Shown piece by piece: positions 9,303 through 20,600 of a stretch of 64,000 nucleotides of DNA (positions are counted from its first letter, which is position 1; each line of letters starts with the position of its first letter). The position numbers were made by a program, and so were the translations under genes. This stretch comes from Mogibacterium sp. (GTDB lineage: Bacteria; Bacillota; Clostridia; Peptostreptococcales; Anaerovoracaceae), in assembly GCA_012840975.1 (NCBI GenBank), contig DUVP01000031.1, positions 5,432-69,431 on the forward strand, given 5' to 3'. A model generated the notes under the pieces. That model worked only from the letters and a program-made list of their open reading frames with translations. It was not told the DNA's origin and did not search any database.

Positions 9303-9824
9303 ATGAGTAATCAAATCTGTGAGAAGAAAATCGAGGCCTTAACAGTGCAACTTGATTCATTGGTTAGTTTAATGAGTGTAATATCTGTAAAAGAGAGTAT
9401 ACCTAACAGATATATATTTATGACCGGGGGATTTTTCGATACATCATCAGAGAAAAAAGAAATTCAAAAGAGAAACCTAATGTTTTTATCTACAGCCAGA
9501 AATCTTCTTAATGAATACGGTATACGTGAAAGTAATAAAGGATATGTCTATATAATAGATGCTGTTAGAGTTATTTTACAGCTGGGAACTTTGGATATCA
9601 GGTTAAATACAGATATATATCCTATCGTTGCATGCGATTTTGGTATATCAAGGGGATCTGTTATTGAGCATGCAATACGAAATGCCATAGCTGCAGCATA
9701 TAGAGATTATGAAAGAAAGAAGGACAGCAATTTAATGAAACACTTTCATAAAAGACCAAGTAATAAGGTTTTTCTCTTTCACATTGCGGATATGATATGT
9801 CAAAAAATGAATTTGATAAGTTAA
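9303..9824 (+). CDS. Orphan Spo0A C-terminal (DNA-binding) domain protein without a receiver domain
   Basis: NKGYVYIIDAVRVIL...IYPIVACDFGISRGSVIEHAIRNAIAAAY...RPSNKVFLFHIADMI aligns by eye with B. subtilis Spo0A-C (KGYLYLREAISMVY...[28 protein letters not shown]...KPTNSEFIAMVADKL). ATG 9303 follows RBS AGGAGGTGAGG. Confidence 0.8.
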   Translation: MSNQICEKKIEALTVQLDSLVSLMSVISVKESIPNRYIFMTGGFFDTSSEKKEIQKRNLMFLSTARNLLNEYGIRESNKGYVYIIDAVRVILQLGTLDIRLNTDIYPIVACDFGISRGSVIEHAIRNAIAAAYRDYERKKDSNLMKHFHKRPSNKVFLFHIADMICQKMNLIS

Positions 9825-10044
9825 GATATTGATTTAATGTCGCCTAAGTGATAGCATGACAGTAGGGTGAGAAAATGATTAAAAAATTTAAAGGAGTAAT
9901 CAGGATTGCAAAAGAATCGGATCCCCAAAAATCTAATAGTTACAGTCGCCCAAAATACAAAATTGGTATTTAACTTAAAAGCCGATTCCGACTTTGATAA
10001 AGAGTGTTCTATAGCTTCGGCAATGTTTTTGTGTCTAAAATTAG

Positions 10045-11801
<1,757 letters not shown>

Positions 11802-11833
11802 TTGCCTTTATTGGCTGAAAGAGGAGGTAAAAA

Positions 11834-12049
11834 GTGGCAAAAGGGAAAGTAACATTCAATGTGGACCGCTGCAAAGGCTGCGAACTATGTGCGGCCGCAT
11901 GTCCCAAAAAAATCATTAAAATGAATAAGACAAAGATAAATGCAAAGGGGTATCATCCCCCATTTATCGAAGAGATCGAAGAATGTATTGCTTGCGGGAT
12001 GTGTGCGACCATCTGCCCGGATTCCGTAATTACCGTTGAAAAGCTCTAA
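11834..12049 (+). CDS. 2-oxoacid:ferredoxin oxidoreductase delta subunit (2x[4Fe-4S] ferredoxin)
   Basis: Two CxxCxxCxxxCP motifs (CKGCELCAAACP and CIACGMCATICP). GTG start after GAGGAGG. Confidence 0.9.
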   Translation: MAKGKVTFNVDRCKGCELCAAACPKKIIKMNKTKINAKGYHPPFIEEIEECIACGMCATICPDSVITVEKL

Positions 12050-12061
12050 GGGAGGGAAAAA

Positions 12062-13120
12062 ATGGCAAAAGTATTAATGAAAGGTAATGAAGCTATAGGA
12101 GAAGCGGCAATGCGTGCAGGTTTAGACGCTTTCTTCGGCTATCCTATTACACCACAGAGTGAGTTGCCGGAGTACTTGTCCAGAGAGATGCCTGCGAGAG
12201 GGAAAGTCTTTGTTCAAGCTGAATCTGAGGTTGCTGCAATTAATATGATTTACGGAGCTGCAGGTGCCGGAGCTAGAGTAATGACTTCATCATCATCTCC
12301 GGGAATAGCGTTAAAACAAGAGGGTATCACTTACATCGCAGGTTCCGAACTGCCTTGCGTTATCTGTAGTGTTGGTCGTAGCGGACCGGGACTAGGTGGA
12401 ATACAGCCGGGTCAGGCAGATTACTATCAGGCTACTAAAGGTGGTGGAAACGGCGACTATCATCTCTTGGTTTATGCACCTGCTAACATACAAGAGATGT
12501 GCGATATGATAATGGAAGCATTTGACAAGGCTGACTATTATAGAAATCCTGTAATGATATTAGCTGACGGTATGATAGGCCAGATGATGGAGCCTGTAGA
12601 GTTTAAAGAGCTGAAGAAAGAGCGTGAAGTGCCGGCTTGGGCTACTACCGGTACTGAAGGAAAACGTGCACCTAATATTATAAACTCATTGTATCTGAAT
12701 CCGGAGGATTTGGAAGAACACAATATTCATCTGACAAAAAAATATGATGAGATGAAGGAAAAAGAAGAGCAATGGGAAGAGTATAATTTGGAAAATGCTG
12801 AAGTAATCTGTATAGCATATGGAACGACCTCAAGAATAGTGAAAAATGCTATAGAAACTTTAAAAGATGAAGGTATAAATGTCGGTTTAATCAGACCTAA
12901 GACTCTATGGCCTTTCCCGGAAAAAGCTTTTAAGGAATATCCGAAGACAGCTAAGGCTATCTTGGTCGTTGAAATGAGTACGGGACAAATGATTACAGAT
13001 GTCAGGGCTTTCAACGAAGGCAGATTACCGGTCTATTTTTATGGACGTTCAGGCGGCATGATTCCTACACCGGAAGCTGTAGTTGCTGAACTCAGAAAAA
13101 TTATCGAAGGAGGGAAGTAA
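12062..13120 (+). CDS. 2-oxoacid:ferredoxin oxidoreductase alpha subunit (VorB/PorA/KorA type)
   Basis: MKGNEAIGEAAMRAGLDAFFGYPITPQSE is the typical N-terminus. 352 aa. Substrate is not assignable by eye. Confidence 0.9.
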   Translation: MAKVLMKGNEAIGEAAMRAGLDAFFGYPITPQSELPEYLSREMPARGKVFVQAESEVAAINMIYGAAGAGARVMTSSSSPGIALKQEGITYIAGSELPCVICSVGRSGPGLGGIQPGQADYYQATKGGGNGDYHLLVYAPANIQEMCDMIMEAFDKADYYRNPVMILADGMIGQMMEPVEFKELKKEREVPAWATTGTEGKRAPNIINSLYLNPEDLEEHNIHLTKKYDEMKEKEEQWEEYNLENAEVICIAYGTTSRIVKNAIETLKDEGINVGLIRPKTLWPFPEKAFKEYPKTAKAILVVEMSTGQMITDVRAFNEGRLPVYFYGRSGGMIPTPEAVVAELRKIIEGGK

Positions 13121-13866
13121 TGGCAATAGTATATGAAAGATCAAAGGGATTAACAAATGCAGAAACTCACTATTGCCCGGGCTGTACGCACGGCATAGCA
13201 CATAAATTGGTAGCGGAAAGTCTGGTTGAATTGGGAGTTTTGGATAAGGCCGTTGGTGTAGCACCTGTTGGCTGTTCAGTTTTAGCATATAATTATTTTA
13301 ATTGCGATATGCAGGAAGCAGCACACGGAAGAGCTCCGGCTGTTGCAACAGGTATAAAAAGAGTAAGACCTGATAATATAGTTTTTTCTTATCAAGGTGA
13401 CGGTGACCTAGCTTCCATCGGTACAGCCGAAATTGTACACGCAGCTCATCGCAGTGAAAATATTACTGTAATATTTATCAATAATGCAATATACGGCATG
13501 ACAGGCGGTCAGATGGCTCCTACTACTCTCCTGGGACAAAAAACCACTACTTCTCAAAATGGCAGACAGCTTGAGGGTCAAGGTGCTCCTATAAGAATAG
13601 CAGAGCTTTTATCTCAAGTACCGGGAGCGAAAAGTGTTGAAAGAGTTTCGTTACACAATACACAAAATATCAGGAAAGCTAAACAAGCGATATTAAAAGC
13701 TTTCAAAAATCAAATCGACGGCAAAGGTTTTTCTATTGTAGAATGTCTTTCGACTTGCCCGACCAACTGGGGTAAGTCTCCAGTCGATGCAATGAAGTGG
13801 CTAGAAGAGAATATGATACCTTACTATCCACTTGGCGTATTTAGGACACCGGAGGAGGAGATTTAA
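13120..13866 (+). CDS. 2-oxoacid:ferredoxin oxidoreductase beta subunit (TPP-binding)
   Basis: CPGCTHG..., GDGD...NNAIYGMTGGQ TPP motif. ATG overlaps the alpha-subunit stop. Confidence 0.9.
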   Translation: MAIVYERSKGLTNAETHYCPGCTHGIAHKLVAESLVELGVLDKAVGVAPVGCSVLAYNYFNCDMQEAAHGRAPAVATGIKRVRPDNIVFSYQGDGDLASIGTAEIVHAAHRSENITVIFINNAIYGMTGGQMAPTTLLGQKTTTSQNGRQLEGQGAPIRIAELLSQVPGAKSVERVSLHNTQNIRKAKQAILKAFKNQIDGKGFSIVECLSTCPTNWGKSPVDAMKWLEENMIPYYPLGVFRTPEEEI

Positions 13867-13867
13867 G

Positions 13868-14428
13868 ATGGCAAAAAAAGTAGATCATAGATTTGTAATG
13901 GCCGGTTTTGGCGGACAAGGTATTATGTCAATGGGTATGATGCTTACGTATGCCGGCATGATAGAAAATAAGAATGTTTCCTGGTTGCCTTCTTATGGGC
14001 CTGAAATGAGAGGAGGAACTGCAAACTGTAATGTCATTATCAGCGATAAGGCTGTTGGAAGTCCCCTGATTACTACAAATGCTACTTGTGCAGTCGTCAT
14101 GAATCAACCTTCACTTGCGAAGTTTGAATCATCTGTTGAAGAGGGAGGAATATTGCTTATAAACAGTTCTCTCGTAGAAAATAAAGCTGAAAGAGACGAT
14201 ATAGATGTATATTATGTACCTTGCAACGAGATAGCTGTTGAATTGGGCAATCCAAGGGTTGCAAACATGATTATGTTAGGTGCTGTATTACAACTCACCG
14301 AAGCAGTAACAGAAGACAGCCTGCCGGAAGCTTTTAAAGCAGTCTTCGGGGCCGGAAAAGAACATTTATTACCAATTAATAAAGAAGCTATAAAAAAAGG
14401 CGCAGAATTTATCGCTAAACAGGCATAA
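13868..14428 (+). CDS. 2-oxoacid:ferredoxin oxidoreductase gamma subunit
   Basis: GFGGQGIMSMGMMLTYAG...SYGPEMRGGTANC. ATG 13868 follows GGAGGAGG. The upstream start at 13832 in the ORF track is rejected. Confidence 0.9.
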   Translation: MAKKVDHRFVMAGFGGQGIMSMGMMLTYAGMIENKNVSWLPSYGPEMRGGTANCNVIISDKAVGSPLITTNATCAVVMNQPSLAKFESSVEEGGILLINSSLVENKAERDDIDVYYVPCNEIAVELGNPRVANMIMLGAVLQLTEAVTEDSLPEAFKAVFGAGKEHLLPINKEAIKKGAEFIAKQA

Positions 14429-14446
14429 ATATAAAATAAATATCAT

Positions 14447-14496
14447 CACCCGGTCAACATTGTGGATACGAAAAAAGGAATAAAGTTGATCGGGTG
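14447..14496 (+). promoter_or_regulatory. 12-bp stem hairpin between the oxidoreductase genes and buk2 (possible processing or attenuation element)
   Basis: CACCCGGTCAAC (14447-14458) pairs with GTTGATCGGGTG (14485-14496) with one G-U pair and a 26-nt loop. There is no clean U-tract. Confidence 0.35.
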
Positions 14497-14519
14497 TATG
14501 ATTATTTTGGAGGTGTTTT

Positions 14520-15608
14520 GTGCAAAGAGATAAAGTACTTATTATTAATCCGGGATCTACGTCAACAAAGGTTGCAATTTTCAAAGCAGAAGAAAATATT
14601 TTTACCCAAACCCTGTCACATAACATAGAAAAAATCAGAGCTTTTGATTCGGTAGTCAGTCAATTTGATTTCAGAAAAGAAGTCATTTTAAGCTGGTTAG
14701 ATGAGATAGGTGTAAAAACTTCAGAATTAACTGCTGTTGTGGCCAGAGGCGGTATGATCAGATCTATACCATCGGGTATTTATGCGGTAACTGATTTTAT
14801 GCAGGAAGATTTGAGAGTAGGTTTTCAAGGTGAACACGCATCTAATCTGGGAGGGCTTCTTGCTAGAAGTATAGCTGACCCGGAGGGTATAGGCGCATAT
14901 ATAGTAGACCCTGTATCTGTAGATGAGTTTATTGATATTGCAAGGATATCAGGTCATCCGGCCATTAAGAGATCCGCTCTCAGTCATGCATTGAATATTA
15001 AGGCGACAGCACACAAGGTTGCCGGCGACTTAGGCCGTCTTATCACAGAATTGAATATGATAGTTGTTCATCTCGGAGGTGGGATATCTGTAGTGCCAAT
15101 GGAAAAGGGCAGGATAATAGATAATACCAGGGCTGATTCGGAAGGTCCTTTTTCTCCGGACAGAAGCGGTGGAAATCCTGTCGGTGATGTTGCAGCGATG
15201 TGCTTCAGTGGCAAATACACAGAAAAGGAAATGCTTCAAAAGACGAATAGTAAAGGCGGATTAATGTCACATCTCGGCACCAGTGATGTGCGAGAAGTGG
15301 AAAAACGAATAAAGGAAGGCGATAAGAAAGCAAAACTTATTCTGGAAGCTATGTGTTATCAAATAGGAAAACAGATCGGAGCAGTAGCTACATGTCTTAA
15401 AGGCGATGTGGATGTGATAGTACTGACCGGTGGAGTTGCTTATTCCGAGTTCGTAACTTCATATATAGAAGAGATGGTATCGTTTATCGCCCCTGTTAAG
15501 ATTGAAGCCGGTGAAGACGAGCTTGCAGCACTTAACAATGCTTATTTAAGGATGATATCAGGTGAAAACAGACTAAAAGTATATGATGATGAGGTGAAAA
15601 ACAATTAA
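14520..15608 (+). CDS. buk: Butyrate (short/branched-chain acyl) kinase, copy 2 (diverged paralog)
   Basis: [32 protein letters not shown] and VLTGGVAY. By eye roughly 40-50% identical to copy 1. GTG start after GGAGGTG. Confidence 0.92.
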   Translation: MQRDKVLIINPGSTSTKVAIFKAEENIFTQTLSHNIEKIRAFDSVVSQFDFRKEVILSWLDEIGVKTSELTAVVARGGMIRSIPSGIYAVTDFMQEDLRVGFQGEHASNLGGLLARSIADPEGIGAYIVDPVSVDEFIDIARISGHPAIKRSALSHALNIKATAHKVAGDLGRLITELNMIVVHLGGGISVVPMEKGRIIDNTRADSEGPFSPDRSGGNPVGDVAAMCFSGKYTEKEMLQKTNSKGGLMSHLGTSDVREVEKRIKEGDKKAKLILEAMCYQIGKQIGAVATCLKGDVDVIVLTGGVAYSEFVTSYIEEMVSFIAPVKIEAGEDELAALNNAYLRMISGENRLKVYDDEVKNN

Positions 15609-15665
15609 TAGTAGTGACAAAAACTTTAATATGAGTCACCTCATAGTTTTTTGGGTTGTAAAAAA

Positions 15666-15851
15666 ATGGAAAAAGAGAAAATAAACAGAATTAACGAGCT
15701 GGCACATAAGGCTAAAGGAAAAGGTTTAACTCAGGAAGAAAAAATCGAGCAGGCGAAACTAAGAGAAGAATTTCTGGCGGAAATAAGGGCTGATGTACGG
15801 GCATCTCTCGAAAGCATTGAAATAGTTGATGATAATTCAAAACTGTCATAG
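15666..15851 (+). CDS. UPF0291/DUF896 family protein (YnzC-like)
   Basis: MEKEKINRINELAHKAKGKGLTQEEKIEQAKLREEFL is the typical DUF896 signature. 61 aa. Confidence 0.8.
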   Translation: MEKEKINRINELAHKAKGKGLTQEEKIEQAKLREEFLAEIRADVRASLESIEIVDDNSKLS

Positions 15852-15950
15852 CAGTTTTATATATCACCAAATCGATGATGTATTATGATGAAATCTTCAA
15901 TAATTGGTGATATAATTTAACGGAGTTTTGAATTAAAAGGGAGAAAATTG

Positions 15951-18566
15951 ATGGAAAAGCTAAGCACAAATGTTTTAAGAGATATGTTTAGGGATTTCTT
16001 TGTCAGTAAAGATCACTATGCAGGGGAGAGTGCCTCTCTTATTCCAAGTGAAGATAAGAGTCTTATGATAATAAATTCAGGTATGGCGCCACTAAAGCCA
16101 TATTTTTCAGGTGCTCAAACACCGCCTTCAAAGAGAATGACAACATGTCAAAAATGCATTAGAACAAATGATATTGAGAATGTCGGAAAAACTGCAAGAC
16201 ATGCTACTTTTTTTGAAATGCTGGGAAATTTTAGCTTTGGAGACTATTTTAAGAAAGAGTCCCTTGAGTGGGGATGGGAATTTGTTACAGAATATCTTAA
16301 AATTCCGGAAGAAAGGCTTTGGGCGACTATATACGAAAATGATGAAGAAGCTTATGACATATGGAAAGATGTTATAGGAATGCCCGAAGAAAAAATCGTT
16401 CGCCTCGGTAAAGAAGATAATTTTTGGGAAATAGGTCTTGGTCCATGCGGACCATGTTCAGAAATATATTATGATAGGGGACCAGAGTGGGGATGTGATA
16501 GTCCGGACTGTAAACCCGGTTGTGAATGCGATCGATATATGGAGTTTTGGAATCATGTATTTACACAGTTTTCCAAGGAAGAGGATGGTTCATATACAGA
16601 GCTTGATCACCCTAATATTGATACCGGTATGGGACTTGAAAGAATTGCATGCATAATGCAGGACGTCGATTCTATTTTTGATATCGATACAATCAAGTAT
16701 AGTAGAGATGCAATTACTGATATGGCCGGTATTGAGTATGAATGCGGTGACAGTAAAAAAGATATAAGCGTTAGAATTATTACGGATCATCTAAGATCGA
16801 TGGTGTTTATGGTAGGAGACGGAATTCTACCAAGCAACGAGGGCAGAGGATATATTCTTAGAAGAATAATCCGACGAGCAGCAAGACATGCAAAACTAAT
16901 TGGAATTACGGATCCAAATGCGATGACTAAGCTTTTGGAGACGGTTATAGAAGTATCCGGTGAAGCTTATCCTGAGCTTGTTGAAAAGCATGAATATATA
17001 AAGAAAATTATAAAAATTGAAGAAGATAATTTTGCAAGAACTCTGGATAAGGGTATGGAGATTCTTGAAGGCTATATGGCAGATATGAAAAAATCCGGAA
17101 GCATGGAGCTTGCCGGTAATCTGGCATTCAAGCTATATGATACATACGGATTTCCTGTAGAAGTAACACAGGAAATTCTTGAAGAAAATGAAATGACTCT
17201 TGATATGGATGGTTTTAATGAGAATATGAATCATCAAAAGAATATTGCAAGAGCACATCAGAGAAGTACAGAGGAGGAGGCCTGGAGAGATGCAAGTGGA
17301 TATACAGAACTTCCACATACTCTCTTTCTGGGATATTCAGATAATATAGCATCTTCAAAGGTTGCATATATTGGTGACTATGATAAGGAAAGAAGATTCA
17401 TAATCACAGAAGAAACACCTTTCTATGCGACCGCCGGGGGACAGATTTTTGACACCGGGACCATTAGTAATGGAGAAGATATAATTCGTGTTGTCGATGT
17501 AGAGAAAGATAACGGAATTTATCTTCATGTTATTCATCCTGAAGACACTAATGCTCTAAATCGTATACAAGTCGGAGAGAGTGTTGAACTTCAAATTGAC
17601 TCTATAAGAAGACACAATATTGCAAGGTCACATTCTGCTACTCATCTTCTACAGAAAGCTCTACAGGATGTACTGGGAGATCATGTGCTTCAGGCAGGAT
17701 CATATGTGGATGATAAATATCTACGTTTTGACTTTAACCATTTTCAACCTGTAACAACAGATGAAATTAAGAAGATTGAGGAAGTTGTCAATGAGAAAAT
17801 CGATAAGTTCCTTCCAATATCAATGAAGGAAATGCCTATTGAAGAAGCTAAGAAAATGGGTGCGATGGCGATTTTCGGAGAAAAGTATGGGAGTATGGTC
17901 AGAGTAGTAAAAATGGGTGACTACAGTGTTGAATTCTGTGGAGGAACTCACCTTAATAATACCGGAATGATTGGAAGTTTTAAAATTACAAGTGAATCGG
18001 GAATTGCATCCGGAGTCAGAAGAATTGAAGCTATAACAGGGACAAATATTATAAAATACCTTGTAGAAAAAGAAACAACTATAAATGATGTTGCTGAAGC
18101 TCTTAAATCAACCAATAAGGATGTGGTAAAAAGAGCATTACAACTCGTTTCTCATAATAAAGATTTGGAAAAAACCATTAAAGAGCTAAAAGCAGAAGAA
18201 ATACTCGGCTCAATAGACAGCATACTGAATTCTGCTGTAGAAGTTGGTGAAATTAAACTTATAACAAAGAAGTTTGAGGATACTGACATAGAACAACTTA
18301 GAAAAATCTCAGATGCTGTAAAAGCTAAGACAGCAGGTGTTGTAATGGTATTTGCAGCTATAAATGACAGTAAACTTACTTTTATAACTTCTGTTAGTGA
18401 TGATCTTGTTGGTAAGGGATATCATGCAGGAAAAATAATAAAAACAGTAGCTGCAGCTGCAGGAGGCGGTGGCGGAGGAAAAGCGAATATGGCTCAGGCA
18501 GGAGCAAAGGATATTTCTAAAGTTGATGAAGCCCTTGATAAGGCTATAGAAGCAGTTTCTGATTAG
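15951..18566 (+). CDS. alaS: Alanine--tRNA ligase
   Basis: FFEMLGNFSFGDYFK, the WNHVFTQF class II core, HSATHLL plus CGGTH in the editing domain, and a C-terminal DHHA1 with a G-rich GGGGGGK. ATG 15951. Confidence 0.98.
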   Translation: MEKLSTNVLRDMFRDFFVSKDHYAGESASLIPSEDKSLMIINSGMAPLKPYFSGAQTPPSKRMTTCQKCIRTNDIENVGKTARHATFFEMLGNFSFGDYFKKESLEWGWEFVTEYLKIPEERLWATIYENDEEAYDIWKDVIGMPEEKIVRLGKEDNFWEIGLGPCGPCSEIYYDRGPEWGCDSPDCKPGCECDRYMEFWNHVFTQFSKEEDGSYTELDHPNIDTGMGLERIACIMQDVDSIFDIDTIKYSRDAITDMAGIEYECGDSKKDISVRIITDHLRSMVFMVGDGILPSNEGRGYILRRIIRRAARHAKLIGITDPNAMTKLLETVIEVSGEAYPELVEKHEYIKKIIKIEEDNFARTLDKGMEILEGYMADMKKSGSMELAGNLAFKLYDTYGFPVEVTQEILEENEMTLDMDGFNENMNHQKNIARAHQRSTEEEAWRDASGYTELPHTLFLGYSDNIASSKVAYIGDYDKERRFIITEETPFYATAGGQIFDTGTISNGEDIIRVVDVEKDNGIYLHVIHPEDTNALNRIQVGESVELQIDSIRRHNIARSHSATHLLQKALQDVLGDHVLQAGSYVDDKYLRFDFNHFQPVTTDEIKKIEEVVNEKIDKFLPISMKEMPIEEAKKMGAMAIFGEKYGSMVRVVKMGDYSVEFCGGTHLNNTGMIGSFKITSESGIASGVRRIEAITGTNIIKYLVEKETTINDVAEALKSTNKDVVKRALQLVSHNKDLEKTIKELKAEEILGSIDSILNSAVEVGEIKLITKKFEDTDIEQLRKISDAVKAKTAGVVMVFAAINDSKLTFITSVSDDLVGKGYHAGKIIKTVAAAAGGGGGGKANMAQAGAKDISKVDEALDKAIEAVSD

Positions 18567-18580
18567 TTGAGGAGGATATA

Positions 18581-18835
18581 ATGAGCAAAAATACAATTAT
18601 GTTTGAAGGATTTAAGGACAACCAACTTGATAAAAAAGAAACTCTGATGGAGATTTATAACGCATTGAACGAGCGGGGCTATAATGCCATAGATCAGATA
18701 GTTGGATATCTTACATCTGGAGACCCTTCCTATATAACGAGCTACAATAATGCGAGAAGCTTAATACTAAAGATGGATAGAGACGAGTTGCTGGAAGAAA
18801 TACTGGTAAGCTATCTCGATAATATAAAGAAATAA
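18581..18835 (+). CDS. ireB: IreB family regulatory phosphoprotein (UPF0297)
   Basis: EIYNALNERGYNAIDQIVGYLTSGDPSYITS signature. Conserved alaS-ireB-ruvX order. Confidence 0.88.
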   Translation: MSKNTIMFEGFKDNQLDKKETLMEIYNALNERGYNAIDQIVGYLTSGDPSYITSYNNARSLILKMDRDELLEEILVSYLDNIKK

Positions 18836-19269
18836 TGAGAATTCTAGGGCTTGATATAGGAGATAAAACAGTGGGGGTCGCCGTGAGCGACCCTCTTGGC
18901 ATTATTGCTACCGGTGTGGCAACAATTGAAAGGATAGGCATAAGAAAAGACACAGGTAAGGTTCTGGATTATATCAAGGAATATAACTGTGAAAAGGTGA
19001 TTATCGGTCTTCCTCTAAATTTGGATGAAAGCGATTCAATACAAACTCAAAAGGTTAGGGAATTTCGAGATATGCTTGAAAATAAGCTGAAAAGCTCAGG
19101 CAGTTTATCCAAAGTGACTATAGAATGGCAAGATGAAAGGTACTCTACAGCAGAAGCAGAGGATGTTCTAATTGAAGCAAACATGTCGAGAGAGGATAGA
19201 AAGAAAATTATAGACAGACAGGCGGCTATTGTTATTTTGCAAAGGTATTTAGATAGAAAGAAGGATTAA
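18835..19269 (+). CDS. ruvX: Putative pre-16S rRNA nuclease / Holliday-junction resolvase-like YqgF
   Basis: MRILGLDIGDKTVGVAVSD...ERYSTAEAE...DRQAAIVILQRYLD. Confidence 0.93.
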   Translation: MRILGLDIGDKTVGVAVSDPLGIIATGVATIERIGIRKDTGKVLDYIKEYNCEKVIIGLPLNLDESDSIQTQKVREFRDMLENKLKSSGSLSKVTIEWQDERYSTAEAEDVLIEANMSREDRKKIIDRQAAIVILQRYLDRKKD

Positions 19270-19270
19270 T

Positions 19271-20569
19271 TTGCTTTTAGATCTGGATAAAAAAATAAAT
19301 AAATGGAAAATATATTTGGAATCTATGACGAAATGGATTATTGTTGCAGTTCTGACAGGTGTAACATGCGGCATCATAGGATCATTGTTCAAAATAGGAG
19401 TAGGATATGCAACAAACTTCAGATCTTCATATAATTTTATATTATTCTTTTTACCTTTAATTGGACTTCTTATAGGTAAAATATATCATCTTGCAGGTAC
19501 AGCAGGGCGAAATCCTAATGATATTATTGAGCAGGTTCAGAACGGGGAGGGATTAATACCTAGGCTTATTCCGGCTATTTTTTTTGCTACATTTCTTACA
19601 CACTTAGGTGGGGGGTCCGCAGGAGAGGGAGCAGCTCTTCAAATGGGCGGTACTGTAGGATTTACTATTGGTAAATGGATTAAACTGGATGATAAAGACC
19701 TAAGAACTATAACAATCACAGGTATAGCGGCATACTTTGCAGCTTTATTCAATACTCCGGTTGCCGCAACAATATTTGCCATGGGAGTTATTACTGTAGG
19801 AGTAGTCTACCATGTTGCACTTCTGCCATCACTGGCAGCTTCTATAATAGCGTTTAAAGTATCCAATATATTTGGATTAACGCCTAAAAAATTCGCACCG
19901 GAAATTCCTAACCTGGAAGTGTTAACAATATCAAAAGTTATTATACTATCAATCCTTTGTGCAGCTGTCGCGGTATTACTATGTAAATCAATCCATTTGA
20001 CAAGACGTTTTGCTGAAGAGAAGATACCGAACGAATGGATAAGAGTAATAGCAGGATCTATATTAATTGTTATTTTATCTATAGTATTTTCAAGTGGAGA
20101 TTATAATGGTGGAGGCAGCGAGATAATTTCCAGAGCTTTGCAGGATGGAGAGAGTATATCGTATGCTTTCCTTGTTAAAATCATATTTACATCAATAACT
20201 CTTGCTGTCGGATTCAAAGGCGGAGAAATAGTTCCCAGCTTTTTTATAGGAGCTACATTTGGATGTACAGCAGGGCAACTTCTAGGTTTACCTACAGAAT
20301 TTGCTGCAGCTTTAGGAATGGTATGTGTTTTCTGTGCTGCAACTAATACACCTCTAGCATCTATATTCTTATCAGTAGAACTATTCGGTGGAGAGGGTAT
20401 AATATTTTTTGCGATAGGATGTGCGTTTGCATATGTGTTATCAGGATATAATGGTTTATATTCAAGTCAGAAAATATTGTACAGTAAACTTAAAGCGCAA
20501 TATATAAATGTCTATGCAAATGCACACCGTGAAGGGGAGACTACGGAAGCTGAGAAGAAGCACCCTTAA
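19271..20569 (+). CDS. Voltage-gated chloride channel (ClC) family membrane protein
   Basis: GGGSAGEGAALQMG and GEIVPSFFIGATFG selectivity-filter-like motifs with at least 10 TM helices. The start is uncertain: TTG 19271 or ATG 19325. Confidence 0.85.
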   Translation: MLLDLDKKINKWKIYLESMTKWIIVAVLTGVTCGIIGSLFKIGVGYATNFRSSYNFILFFLPLIGLLIGKIYHLAGTAGRNPNDIIEQVQNGEGLIPRLIPAIFFATFLTHLGGGSAGEGAALQMGGTVGFTIGKWIKLDDKDLRTITITGIAAYFAALFNTPVAATIFAMGVITVGVVYHVALLPSLAASIIAFKVSNIFGLTPKKFAPEIPNLEVLTISKVIILSILCAAVAVLLCKSIHLTRRFAEEKIPNEWIRVIAGSILIVILSIVFSSGDYNGGGSEIISRALQDGESISYAFLVKIIFTSITLAVGFKGGEIVPSFFIGATFGCTAGQLLGLPTEFAAALGMVCVFCAATNTPLASIFLSVELFGGEGIIFFAIGCAFAYVLSGYNGLYSSQKILYSKLKAQYINVYANAHREGETTEAEKKHP

Positions 20570-20600
20570 CGCTTATAAGTAAATAAATTTATCGACATGT

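Noticed and set aside
13832-13867. Upstream start (MAYLGHRRRRFK...) for the oxidoreductase gamma subunit
   Set aside because: It overlaps the end of the beta-subunit gene. ATG 13868 has a perfect GGAGGAGG RBS and gives the conserved N-terminus.
15852-15950. T-box riboswitch upstream of alaS
   Set aside because: The leader is only 99 nt long. No specifier-loop or T-box consensus sequence is visible.
16168-16656. Same-strand alternative-frame ORFs (69 and 72 aa) inside alaS
   Set aside because: They sit inside a continuous, highly conserved AlaRS reading frame. They have no RBS and no recognisable motifs.
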